This document shows, in pieces, positions 34,808-44,147 of a stretch of DNA of 64,000 nucleotides. Every line of letters starts with the position of its first letter. Position 1 is the stretch's first letter. The position numbers and the translations under genes are program-made. Source of the stretch: Candidatus Yonathbacteria bacterium (GTDB lineage Bacteria > Patescibacteriota > Minisyncoccia > Phycocordibacterales > JACNGX01); NCBI GenBank assembly GCA_013334825.1, contig JAAXWR010000003.1:37167-101166 (forward strand), written 5' to 3'. Under the pieces are notes generated by a model, which was given only the letters and a program-made list of their open reading frames with translations, ran no database searches and was not told the origin of the DNA.

Positions 34808-36091
34808 TCAAAAATCAAGTTCAAGAATCCAAGGGGTCATATCGTTTTTATTCATGAAAATCAAACGATGTTCCTCGGTGTCGATTTCTGGGTTTATAAT
34901 ATCTAATGAAGGAAGTCCATAGTCGGACGGAGAAGCCAGAAAAAGTAATTCTCCTGTATTCTCATTCATATACCAAATATTATCTTCAAACGACACTGTC
35001 CCCTTGTACCATGCGTCAGGATATGAAGCAGAAGGGATATAGGAAGGAACTCCGCAATATATTCCAGTATCTGTATCATTCCACGAACATTTTTCGGGGA
35101 GTGTACTGAGAGGAAGTGATGTAATGCCGTCGTCTTTTAGGAGACTGAGTGTCAGTGATGACCTTGACCCTGATCCGATAAGTCCAAGGTTCTTTTTCGA
35201 TGACATATGAAGCGTCATACCAGGAATACCGCCAGCTAGTTTTGTAAGTGAGCTACCTGTGTTTGCATCAAGCGTATAGGCGTATCCAGGAACTCCCGCC
35301 GAAGGTTTTGTGGTGAGATAGACTGTGTCGCTTTTTGTCCATTCTGAAATCCATTCAGATAACGGTGACGAGAGAAGTTGTTTTGCTGATTCATCTGTAA
35401 ATGAGAAACGATCGTGGGAACTACCAGCGCTCTTGTCTGAAACAGTAAATATACGTGTTCCTTCGGGTGAAACAGAAAGAGAAGTTACATTTGTCTTGCT
35501 GAAGCGTTCTTTTAAGGAGCCGATACTTTCATCAATGTCTGTCCCTGTGACATCTTCCCCGCCGAGGATGATATCGAATGCTGTAGTAGTTACTGTTGAT
35601 CCGTTTTCAGCAATTGATCGAGAAATGACATGGGTGCCATCTTGTGAGAAGAATGATTCTTGGGTTTCCGCATATGTTGTGTTGGTGATTCGTGTTGCTT
35701 TATTGGATGCGACGGAAATATCGTATATGTTACCTGTGGAACGTTCCATGATGCGAACAAATAACTCACGTGTCTTATTTCCACTTTCATCCGTTGTTTC
35801 TTTTGAAAGAAGTTTCATACCAGAAATCGGGTATGGATACAATTGTCGAAGTGCAGGAAGAGTTCCAGGAGGGATAGTAGAGTTTTCTTCATTCGAAGTT
35901 GTTTCTTGTGTATCATCTAATCCAAAGAGATCACCCAGTATCCCCCCATCATCGCCAAAAAGAGATGAAAATGAAGATGGAAAGACACTTCCTGTAGTTG
36001 TACTTTTTGATACAACAAAAAATACAATGCCCAATATGAGTATAATAACGAGTACAAGAGCGGTGATGATAATGAGTGTTTGTTTTTTCAT
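34808..36091 (-). CDS. membrane-anchored hypothetical protein (last gene of the T4SS-like cluster), possible beta-propeller
   Basis: N-terminal TM LIIITALVLVIILILGIVFFVV; beta-rich Ser/Thr/Gly composition; no catalytic motif seen. Confidence 0.5.
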   Translation of the reverse strand: MKKQTLIIITALVLVIILILGIVFFVVSKSTTTGSVFPSSFSSLFGDDGGILGDLFGLDDTQETTSNEENSTIPPGTLPALRQLYPYPISGMKLLSKETTDESGNKTRELFVRIMERSTGNIYDISVASNKATRITNTTYAETQESFFSQDGTHVISRSIAENGSTVTTTAFDIILGGEDVTGTDIDESIGSLKERFSKTNVTSLSVSPEGTRIFTVSDKSAGSSHDRFSFTDESAKQLLSSPLSEWISEWTKSDTVYLTTKPSAGVPGYAYTLDANTGSSLTKLAGGIPGMTLHMSSKKNLGLIGSGSRSSLTLSLLKDDGITSLPLSTLPEKCSWNDTDTGIYCGVPSYIPSASYPDAWYKGTVSFEDNIWYMNENTGELLFLASPSDYGLPSLDIINPEIDTEEHRLIFMNKNDMTPWILELDF

Positions 36092-36129
36092 GAAAGAAAA
36101 AAGTATACCAATAATTTAATGTGTGTACA

Positions 36130-37182
36130 TTATTTGAACCATGAAGAAGACTCTGTATTTCCAAATATCACGGAAAGTGATGTTTTGGCGTCTTGAAGAA
36201 GTTTTGATGGGTTTGTGGTCGCAAGTGACACTGTTGCTTTTCCTGATGTCCCTTCGGGAACACCAAATATAATCATATGGGGATTATTCCAATCAGAAGA
36301 TATGGATGACCCATTCATAGACCATGCAAACCCAAGATTGTGCGGGGTACCTGTTTTTGTCGAGAAATAATATGGTTCAGCAATCAAAGAGAGCTCGTTT
36401 GATAGTAGCGTGACTGTGTCGATAAGTGCTCTCCCATACCATGGACCTTGGAGGGGTCGTTGTTCATAGAAAAGTATCTCAGGGTCTGTTTGGGGGATAG
36501 AAACTGTTGCGCCGGCTCCGAGAGACCCGTCGCGTGAGGATATTTCTACACCAACACTTTCCGTAGATAGGAGAACATTTTTCATAAGAGAAAGAGTTTG
36601 CTTTCCGTATCCTGATTGTGAAGTAACGTCACGCTTAAACCCATTAAGTGTCCATGTATAGACAAGATTTTCTGGAGCAACAGTTTTTCCTGATGAACCA
36701 ACAATGTTGGGGATTGCAACAACATGCACCAAAGCGCTCGATGCAGGGAGTGCTTTACCTTTGTAGAGTGGTGGTGTATAAGAATCAGTTGCTTCCCAAA
36801 TCAAATCGACACCTCCGGGGACGAAACTTATCGTCTTTTGAATCGTCTCTCCGTTTGCAGAAATAACCGCACGGATAGAGGTCGTCTTCCCTGCTTGTCC
36901 CGCAGGTAGGGAGAGGCTGGTCATGCCAATACCCGACGCTCGTTGCGATCCGTTAACATACCAAAGAATAGATGCCCCAGGAAGGTCGACACTATAACTA
37001 CTTAAAGTGATGGACACTTGTTCACCAACTGATGGGTATGCGGGAGATACACGAATTGACACAAATGATTCGAGTGCATGTGTTGTGTGAGGAAAAAATG
37101 ATACACACAAAAAGACAATGGTCAAAAGTGTGTGTATGACGGTGTCACGCACCAATATAGTATGTGTGCGGAATGATAGCAT
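36130..37182 (-). CDS. membrane-anchored hypothetical protein (T4SS-like cluster)
   Basis: N-terminal TM (HTLLTIVFLCVSFF), beta-rich extracytoplasmic part; a role as a VirB8-like scaffold is only a guess. Confidence 0.45.
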   Translation of the reverse strand: MLSFRTHTILVRDTVIHTLLTIVFLCVSFFPHTTHALESFVSIRVSPAYPSVGEQVSITLSSYSVDLPGASILWYVNGSQRASGIGMTSLSLPAGQAGKTTSIRAVISANGETIQKTISFVPGGVDLIWEATDSYTPPLYKGKALPASSALVHVVAIPNIVGSSGKTVAPENLVYTWTLNGFKRDVTSQSGYGKQTLSLMKNVLLSTESVGVEISSRDGSLGAGATVSIPQTDPEILFYEQRPLQGPWYGRALIDTVTLLSNELSLIAEPYYFSTKTGTPHNLGFAWSMNGSSISSDWNNPHMIIFGVPEGTSGKATVSLATTNPSKLLQDAKTSLSVIFGNTESSSWFK

Positions 37183-37202
37183 GTAATCTAGTATATCACG
37201 TA

Positions 37203-39065
37203 TTATGTGATATTTGCGATACCTGCGATGTTTATACCTCCATGATTCTTCTCTTCTTCTGCCAATTCTTTCTTCGCCTCACGTATTTGAAGCACTTGAG
37301 AGGGGTCTGAAGTGATAATTTGTTCTTCGGTGTATGAGGCAAGGATTTTGATTGCGACGTGTTTTAAACCTGCAAAAAAGATGCCCTCCCCTACGTCTGA
37401 TTCAAGAAGGAGATACTTCTCCTCATCGGTGAGATTAAATGTCTTTTGAACCATATCGATAGACGTGGGAGACTGCTTCAAAAGCATTTGAATGGCAGAG
37501 TTGGTGATAATAGGAAGCCCGTACGGGGAACGAAGGAAATCTGAGACGTCTTGTGTGATGGTGGATACACCAAGAAAATACTTACGACCACGTTTTGTCA
37601 TGCCAAAAAGGAATGATGCGGTGTCTTCCGACTTCATCATCCACCAGGCCTCATCAATAACAAGGAGACGTTTTTTTAAATCTTTACGCACTGCATTCCA
37701 AATATAATGGGTAACGATATGCATTGCTACCGTTTTTAGTTCGTCTTCCATGTCACGAACAGAAAAAACGATAAACTTTTTGTTGATGTTTACATTCGTA
37801 GGACGGTTGATGAATTCAGACCATGTGCCACGTGTGAATTTTGAAAGACGGTTTACCAGTGATTCACTCCCCTCCATTCCCGAAAGGACCATTTCAAAGT
37901 CAGATAAAAGTGGTGGAACTGCTCGAGATAAGTCCGACTCAGCCGTAATATCCTTGAGAGCGTATGTTTCAGTGATAGCGCGATCAATAAGCGAGTCTTC
38001 TTCGGGAGAGAGTCCGCTTAACATAATGCGAAAAAGTCCAACCAATGCAATGGTGTTTGTACGAAGAACATCCGCAGTTGTCTCCCCTTCCGCGGGAAGA
38101 GGAAGGTCAAAAGGGTTGATATGATGAGGAGATGTGAGAGAAATGTTGAAATAACGTCCTCCTGCTGCCTCGGCCATAAATTCGTATTCGCGTTCTGGGT
38201 CGATGACGATAACGTCTGTATCAAACATGAGTGTGCGAAGAATTTCAAGTTTTGTTGCAAATGATTTTCCTGCTCCTGACGTCGCAAACGTGACCGAATT
38301 ATAATTTTCCATTGAGAAACGGTCGAACAATACTAAACTGTAATTATGTCGATTGATACCATATAAAATACCGCGATCAGAAGTGAGATTGAACGAAATA
38401 AAGGGAAATACACTCGACAGAGGTGATGAGTTGAGTTTTGAATGAACACCAAGAAGGTCTGTGGAAGCAGGGATGACACTTTTGAAGCCTTCTTCTTGGC
38501 GGAAGAGGGCAGGTTTGAGATAGATGAGTTTTGACTCGAGCATTGATTTTATCTCCGACTCAACTCGATCAAGTTCTTCCATTGTATTCCCGTAAATAGT
38601 GATATAAAGCCCCACATCAAAAAGGCGCTCCTGTGCTTGTTGAAGCTGGTCACGGAGCACTTCTAGGTTTGAATATGCCGCAGCAAGTTTAGGGTCTCGA
38701 ACCATTCCTTTCTCTTCACGCATAGAAATTTGACTTTCTACTTCGGCGACCTTTTTTTGGAACTTCCTTAAAATATCGGCAGTATCAACGGGGTGAATGT
38801 AAATCGATACATCAAATACAGCATCAAGGTTGATGATGGGAGAAAACCAACTATCTGCTAAGTAGCGTGGATAAGAAATAACAAAAAACGTGCGCGCAAT
38901 GCGATCACCCAAGTTGAGTTCGCGAGGAGTGATTTTGAGTGCAGAGGGCGCAATAACATCTTTAAGTTCAAGGACGGCGGATGCATAAATTTCCTCCGGG
39001 AGAATAGGAGTAATTTCTGGAAGGGGGTCTTGTTTTTTGAGGCCAAGTGTTTCAAGAATCGACAT
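37203..39065 (-). CDS. VirB4/TrbE-family type IV secretion ATPase, C-terminal 620-aa part (ATPase domain)
   Basis: Walker A ATSGAGKSF; Walker B LLVIDEAWWMM; RKYFLGVSTITQDVSDFL motif. Middle-region pattern ...APSALKITPREL...RTFFVISYPRY... typical of Gram-positive VirB4. Confidence 0.8.
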   Translation of the reverse strand: MSILETLGLKKQDPLPEITPILPEEIYASAVLELKDVIAPSALKITPRELNLGDRIARTFFVISYPRYLADSWFSPIINLDAVFDVSIYIHPVDTADILRKFQKKVAEVESQISMREEKGMVRDPKLAAAYSNLEVLRDQLQQAQERLFDVGLYITIYGNTMEELDRVESEIKSMLESKLIYLKPALFRQEEGFKSVIPASTDLLGVHSKLNSSPLSSVFPFISFNLTSDRGILYGINRHNYSLVLFDRFSMENYNSVTFATSGAGKSFATKLEILRTLMFDTDVIVIDPEREYEFMAEAAGGRYFNISLTSPHHINPFDLPLPAEGETTADVLRTNTIALVGLFRIMLSGLSPEEDSLIDRAITETYALKDITAESDLSRAVPPLLSDFEMVLSGMEGSESLVNRLSKFTRGTWSEFINRPTNVNINKKFIVFSVRDMEDELKTVAMHIVTHYIWNAVRKDLKKRLLVIDEAWWMMKSEDTASFLFGMTKRGRKYFLGVSTITQDVSDFLRSPYGLPIITNSAIQMLLKQSPTSIDMVQKTFNLTDEEKYLLLESDVGEGIFFAGLKHVAIKILASYTEEQIITSDPSQVLQIREAKKELAEEEKNHGGINIAGIANIT

Positions 39066-39092
39066 AGTATGTATAGTGTATCACAAAGAGGA

Positions 39093-39722
39093 TTAAACCT
39101 TGATAGGTTTATCTTGTTCACCGGGGTTAAACATGCGGTAAAAGAGTTCCACAAGCTCTTCGGTGCCGAGAGGTGTTGTGCGAACGCCTGCACGCACAAG
39201 CCCTTGTTGTACGATGTACATACGCTGCTCGAGCTGAGAACGATTTACAGAAAAAGCATCCCCATCCTTTGTTGTTGTCGCTGAAGATGTTTTCCCAAAT
39301 AAAGAAGAAAAAGGGCCTGTTTTTGTCTCAATAATAGAAGGTGTATAAGGGACAACAATAAAGAAATTTTTTGTCATGATATTTGTTTGTTCAGTAAATG
39401 TTTTGATGAATTGTATATATTCGCGAATTTGTATTTTTGCGAGATCGTTTGTCTGCTCACGCTCTCGACTTTCAAGAAGCGCAATGTAGGGGCGAACATC
39501 ATAGCGACGGGATTGAGTGTATATTTGAAGAGAAAAATCTAATGAATTGAGAAAGTTTTGGAATTGGACCAAGACAGACTGTTGTTCATCGGGTGATTTG
39601 AGCGACATATTGATAGATGACGCCATAAGAACCATTTTGAGAGAACCGTCTTCCATCACGGCAATGCCGTCACGGATTTCTTTGATAGGAACGAATTGTT
39701 GTGAGGGTTGGGGTTTAGGCAT
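39093..39722 (-). CDS. VirB4 N-terminal domain encoded as a separate 209-aa ORF
   Basis: FVPIKEIRDGIAVMEDGSLKMVLMASSINMSLKSPDEQQSVLVQFQNFLNSLDFSLQIYTQSRR matches the CagE/TrbE/VirB4 N-terminal domain pattern. It lies 27 nt upstream of the ATPase ORF, in a different frame; 209 + 620 aa is close to a full-length VirB4. Confidence 0.65.
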   Translation of the reverse strand: MPKPQPSQQFVPIKEIRDGIAVMEDGSLKMVLMASSINMSLKSPDEQQSVLVQFQNFLNSLDFSLQIYTQSRRYDVRPYIALLESREREQTNDLAKIQIREYIQFIKTFTEQTNIMTKNFFIVVPYTPSIIETKTGPFSSLFGKTSSATTTKDGDAFSVNRSQLEQRMYIVQQGLVRAGVRTTPLGTEELVELFYRMFNPGEQDKPIKV

Positions 39723-39740
39723 AAGGGTTGTTAGGTAGGA

Positions 39741-40157
39741 TCAACGAATGTTTTTTTGTATATCGAGACTCCATGCCATGTCTTTGAGTTTACTTTGAGA
39801 CAGTGTGGGAACATGAACAGTGGGGAGTGAAGCACTGGATGTGGGGACGATTTCCTTTTTTGGTGTTGTTGGTTTCTTCCACTCTTGCTTCCAAATGTAG
39901 AGCTTGCTACCGAGCGCGTAGTTGAATGCGGCTTCTAACACTTCAATAAAAGGACGGTCATTGATACGGAGAAAGGCAAGAGCAACAGAGAGTCCTCCAA
40001 GAGGAAGAATGAGAAGTGCGGCAAAGAAAAACGGTAATGAACGATAGAGAACAAAAGAAATTCCTGCTCCCCCAGCGAGATAGAGGAATTGTTTAAACGT
40101 GAGAGGTCCAAAGATTTTGTCTTCGACCTCAATAAATTGGGGAGTTTGAAATTGCAT
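39741..40157 (-). CDS. PrgI-family (VirB3-like) small membrane protein
   Basis: MQFQTPQFIEVEDKIFGPLTFKQFLYLAGGAGISFVLY plus two TM helices, as in PrgI/TcpE-like VirB3 analogues of Gram-positive T4SS. Confidence 0.6.
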   Translation of the reverse strand: MQFQTPQFIEVEDKIFGPLTFKQFLYLAGGAGISFVLYRSLPFFFAALLILPLGGLSVALAFLRINDRPFIEVLEAAFNYALGSKLYIWKQEWKKPTTPKKEIVPTSSASLPTVHVPTLSQSKLKDMAWSLDIQKNIR

Positions 40158-40175
40158 GAGAGTCTTATGCGTTTA

Positions 40176-40937
40176 CTACGAGGTGAACGATTCACGATAC
40201 GGGTCATTTGTTGGCTTAGGAGGAAAGACAGGGCGCTCTTTTTCTGTTTGTTGTGTGGGAGGAATACTTACCGTGTGAGAAAGTTTTTGTTCCAAGATAG
40301 ACGGAAGTGTGGTGGGAGTAATGGCGACGTCTGTTTCTGGAGGGATCATAGGGAGATCAGAAGTGGTATCTTCCCCGGGTTTCAAAACAGAAGGAGGAAG
40401 GGAAACCCCTTCTTCTGATGTGGCAGAAGGTGTCTCGTGTATAACATGAACGGGTACGGGATCTTCATTTTTTATGGGAGACGCCGACGTGGACATGATT
40501 TGTTGTGTTTTACTCGGTTGTTCAATCTCTTTCAAAAGTTCTTCTCGTGAAGGCATGTTTATTTCTTCATCATCTGCTTGTTCTTTAGTGTAACGAGACT
40601 CAGACTCAGTATGGTGTATTTGTTCGAGTGACGTACGAACAGGGTTAAATATCTCACGATTGATATCCTCAATAATAAGACGTGCGTGTTCCTCTGTAAT
40701 ACCAAGTGTATCCATGAGTGTTTGCGCGTAGCCCGCACGTGGTTCAAGCCCGAGCATCACAAGTGTTGTGCGGATGCTGAGTTCCCCTATTTGATCGAGA
40801 TGAAGACTATTACGCTGTCCGATACGTTCAAGAGCATGCCCAATATCGGCAGATGCAAGGACTGCCTTAATGTCGTTGGGCATCGCTTCGAAGCGTGCCG
40901 AGAGTTCTTCTTCAGTGTATGTACGTTTTGGTATCAT
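40176..40937 (-). CDS. hypothetical protein (T4SS-like cluster), disordered Pro/Thr/Ser-rich C-terminal half
   Basis: ORF continuity and operon context only. Confidence 0.45.
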   Translation of the reverse strand: MIPKRTYTEEELSARFEAMPNDIKAVLASADIGHALERIGQRNSLHLDQIGELSIRTTLVMLGLEPRAGYAQTLMDTLGITEEHARLIIEDINREIFNPVRTSLEQIHHTESESRYTKEQADDEEINMPSREELLKEIEQPSKTQQIMSTSASPIKNEDPVPVHVIHETPSATSEEGVSLPPSVLKPGEDTTSDLPMIPPETDVAITPTTLPSILEQKLSHTVSIPPTQQTEKERPVFPPKPTNDPYRESFTS

Positions 40938-40975
40938 GATAGTGTTAAAGTGTGAATGTGAGGGTGTCTATGTAA

Positions 40976-43315
40976 TTATTTTTTTGTTCCTCCATCTCCA
41001 CTAGAGGGTTGAGGTGTGTTATCTGAACGATTTTTTTGCCCGTGAAGCCTATCTCCTAAAGAGCGTAGTTCTTTAGAAATTTGTTTTTGGGAAAGATATT
41101 CTTGAAGTTCTTTGTTTGTTGTGTTGAATTGAATTTGACGAAGATTATTGTTCGGCTCTTTTTTCAATTGTTCTCCTACTATCTTAATTTGGGCATTCAA
41201 TTCGTTAATATGTTCGTCGAGATGTTTTTCATACCCTGCCAAAGCCTCAATACGCTTTTCTGTTTCTTTTTGTGTTTCCAGTTTTCCAGTTACGAGAGGG
41301 TCTTCAACAGAGATGCCCGTATGTTCTTTCATTTTTGTGTAGAATTCTCCACTCTTGTTTTTGTAGGTAACTTCATTTTCTCTTTGACGAATATCTTTTT
41401 TAGTGTCTTCGATTATTTTCTTTTCGGATTTTTCAATTTGTTCCATTGCTTTTTGAGCGGCTCTTGCTCTTCCAGTATTAGTGGCAGATCCTCCGAATCC
41501 TTTTGCTATAGTATCACGAGTTTCGGATGCAATTTGTTTTTCATAAGAAGCAAGATTCTTCGCAGCATCTTCTTTTGAGAGGGTTACTCCTGCTGGTGCA
41601 GGATTGCCAGAAGCGATGCGTTTCAATGTATCATGATACATTGAGCCGGCTTGAATTGCGTTATTGACATACCAAGAGCCAGTTTTTTTGTCTTGTTGTT
41701 CAACAAAACGTTCGAGTGCAGCTTTTGCCGCAGCAGCTTTTGCGGGGTCCTTGTCATCGACCTTACCTAGTTTAGTAGTAAGAGAATTGAAATATTTTTC
41801 TTTTCGGTCTACCTTTCCTCCAAATCCACCTTCACCTTGTTTGACGCCCCATGCTGCCAAGCCTTTATTCATGCCTGCTTTTCCACCTGCTTTTGTGCGA
41901 CGGATATCGAAACTTGATCCCTGTGCTCCTTCCAGTCCACGGAGAGCCATACGCTGTACTACGTTACCAGATGCAAGCCGTTGGCTTCTTGTCATACCAT
42001 CAGTCCCTACAGTATTGAGTGAGCGCATGGCGCCTCCGCCAACAATGTTTCTCAATGCTGCGCCACCAATTCCTCCCAGAGCGAGTCCACCTGCTATACC
42101 AGCCGCACCTGCGAGTTTCTTGCCAATATCAAGTGAGATACCACCAATGGAGTCGCATTGTTTCTTGGTGAGGTTTTTACCATATTGAAGAATGGTGAGA
42201 ATGACGCCAAATTTGAGCGCGAGGACGACGATGAATTCCATGAAGTTGAGTCCTTCTCCCCCAGCGCTAAGGAAAAGATCTCCAGAGTTCGCAGGATTGG
42301 CAAACAGTATAGCAAGCCAGACAAAGAACATAAAAATCGTAATACAAAATGATTTTCCGATCAATTCCTTCCAAAGAGTTTTTGCATGTGTCTGGAGTGG
42401 GCCAGGGAGAAATGATCCCGCGACCATAATAGGAGACATTGCCATGATAATCCAAAGAATTGCAATACGAGAGAGAAAGAGAAATGCAGTTGTGAAAAAT
42501 ATCCATGCGGCAAAAAGAAGCATAGCAGTGGAGGCGACATAAAGAAAGATGAGTTTCCATGCATTGGTATCTGTATCTGCGTCCAGTCTAGTATCTTTAA
42601 GTATTTTTTGTGGCTCCATGACGCTGACTATCGCAGATGAGACTCCTTTTATCTCCGTGCTTGTATTTGCAAGCTTTGTTGCTGTGCGAACATCTTCAGA
42701 AAGGTTCTCTTGATCGTTGACCTTTATTGCGTCATAGAAAAAGAGTGCGGTGATATTCCCCGCATCAATAATGGCGCGTGAAATAAATAAACTGAAGTTG
42801 ATAAGAAGCGCCGCGATGATGATTTTGTGAAGGGTGCTTTTTGCAGTATGTTTGCCAATGTCAAGAATGGTCGCAATTGCCACATATATCAAAATAAAGA
42901 TAAAAAGGATATTCGTAAGGTCGCGTATACCAACCCATGCAAGACGTACAAAATCGGCGTCCATAATGTTCTTATCAAGTCCAAACGCCATTAAAATATC
43001 AAAAATCATTCCCGTAGCGGTGAGCACATATCCAGAGACTGTCATAATTGCAAATGCTCCTGCTCCTATACAACCAGGAACGAGGTGCCACATATCGCAT
43101 GTAAATGGGGTGGCATTATTTTGTTGTGCTTGTATTGATTCTTCAGCAGCACTCTCTTCTGTACCACTTGGCGTAACTGCGTGTGGATTTACTGTTCCTG
43201 CTGCATATACATCAGTAGGATATAGGTTGAATAAAGATATTACAGTAAACAAAAAAGCCACAACGAAAACAGGTAACCTCTTGGAGAAAGAAGATGCTGT
43301 AAAACAATAAGACAC
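40976..43315 (-). CDS. VirB6/TrbL-like polytopic membrane protein with C-terminal Gly-rich/coiled-coil hydrophilic domain (779 aa)
   Basis: Signal/TM, then at least 6 TM helices (aa about 80-420); GGISLDIGKKLAGAAGIAGGLALGGIGGAAL; long charged coiled-coil tail. Size and topology resemble Tn916 Orf15/TcpH-type VirB6 analogues. Apparent GTG start preceded by TGTTATACT. Confidence 0.55.
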   Translation of the reverse strand: MSYCFTASSFSKRLPVFVVAFLFTVISLFNLYPTDVYAAGTVNPHAVTPSGTEESAAEESIQAQQNNATPFTCDMWHLVPGCIGAGAFAIMTVSGYVLTATGMIFDILMAFGLDKNIMDADFVRLAWVGIRDLTNILFIFILIYVAIATILDIGKHTAKSTLHKIIIAALLINFSLFISRAIIDAGNITALFFYDAIKVNDQENLSEDVRTATKLANTSTEIKGVSSAIVSVMEPQKILKDTRLDADTDTNAWKLIFLYVASTAMLLFAAWIFFTTAFLFLSRIAILWIIMAMSPIMVAGSFLPGPLQTHAKTLWKELIGKSFCITIFMFFVWLAILFANPANSGDLFLSAGGEGLNFMEFIVVLALKFGVILTILQYGKNLTKKQCDSIGGISLDIGKKLAGAAGIAGGLALGGIGGAALRNIVGGGAMRSLNTVGTDGMTRSQRLASGNVVQRMALRGLEGAQGSSFDIRRTKAGGKAGMNKGLAAWGVKQGEGGFGGKVDRKEKYFNSLTTKLGKVDDKDPAKAAAAKAALERFVEQQDKKTGSWYVNNAIQAGSMYHDTLKRIASGNPAPAGVTLSKEDAAKNLASYEKQIASETRDTIAKGFGGSATNTGRARAAQKAMEQIEKSEKKIIEDTKKDIRQRENEVTYKNKSGEFYTKMKEHTGISVEDPLVTGKLETQKETEKRIEALAGYEKHLDEHINELNAQIKIVGEQLKKEPNNNLRQIQFNTTNKELQEYLSQKQISKELRSLGDRLHGQKNRSDNTPQPSSGDGGTKK

Positions 43316-43399
43316 GAATATAGTATAACAAATTATATACCAAAAAAAAACAAGAATAATGTGTAGAGCTTGGTAGAAAAATCGCGAGTATTTTTAGAG

Positions 43400-43440
43400 C
43401 GCATATCAAAAAGCAAAAACCGCGGGTTTCCCCGCGGTTG
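43400..43440 (-). terminator. intrinsic terminator of the lipoprotein gene
   Basis: Minus strand: AACCGCGGGGAAACCCGCGGTT followed by TTTTGCTTTTT. Confidence 0.7.
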
Positions 43441-43890
43441 TTAGTAATATTTTTCCCGCAACTCCCCTCTCATAAAGTATCCGTGGACTACCACGGCATA
43501 CCTTACGTTTGCATAGGAAAAATGTTCGTCCGCCGCCACTGCGCGGACAATCTTTTCTGCAGACTCTTCTTCCTCAGGGGTACTTACGTACCCAATTTTT
43601 TTGAGGTGATCCATCGCGTAGGCGACATCTTCCTCGTAGAGGAAGATGTCCCTACTTGCGTAGGAGAAAATAGAACGTATGCGCTCTATTTCTTTTGAAA
43701 GTATCTCCTGCTCCTCAAAAGGGAGCTGGAGAAGCCTCTTTTTTGCAGCGGAAAATTCTTCCGGGGTTGTTTCCCCCGAAATCTTTACTGCTCTCTCAAT
43801 ATAGTCCGGGGCACTCGCCTCCGGAACTAATACACTTTTCCCGCATCCTACAAGAAGAGCGAGGAAGAAAAAATAAATGAGTTTTTTCAT
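43441..43890 (-). CDS. lipoprotein, hypothetical
   Basis: Signal peptide with lipobox LLVGC (MKKLIYFFFLALLVGCGKS). Confidence 0.6.
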   Translation of the reverse strand: MKKLIYFFFLALLVGCGKSVLVPEASAPDYIERAVKISGETTPEEFSAAKKRLLQLPFEEQEILSKEIERIRSIFSYASRDIFLYEEDVAYAMDHLKKIGYVSTPEEEESAEKIVRAVAADEHFSYANVRYAVVVHGYFMRGELREKYY

Positions 43891-44147
43891 CTTTATTCCT
43901 TTCCGTCTTAGAGACGGACATTTATTAAAAAGTTTATTTAATTGTAGGGGTAACTGCTACCCTATATGATAACCGATATATATTTTTTTGTCAATACCCT
44001 CTCCTGTGTAGAACTGTATATCTGATAAAAGAACCTAATCCTTGCACTCTATGCACGGACTAGGTTCTTTTTGACGTTTTTAGGAATTATCGGGAGACAC
44101 CTCCCCAAAATGAAGAGGAGGGATAAGTTTGAAGAATCCCCTTGTGA

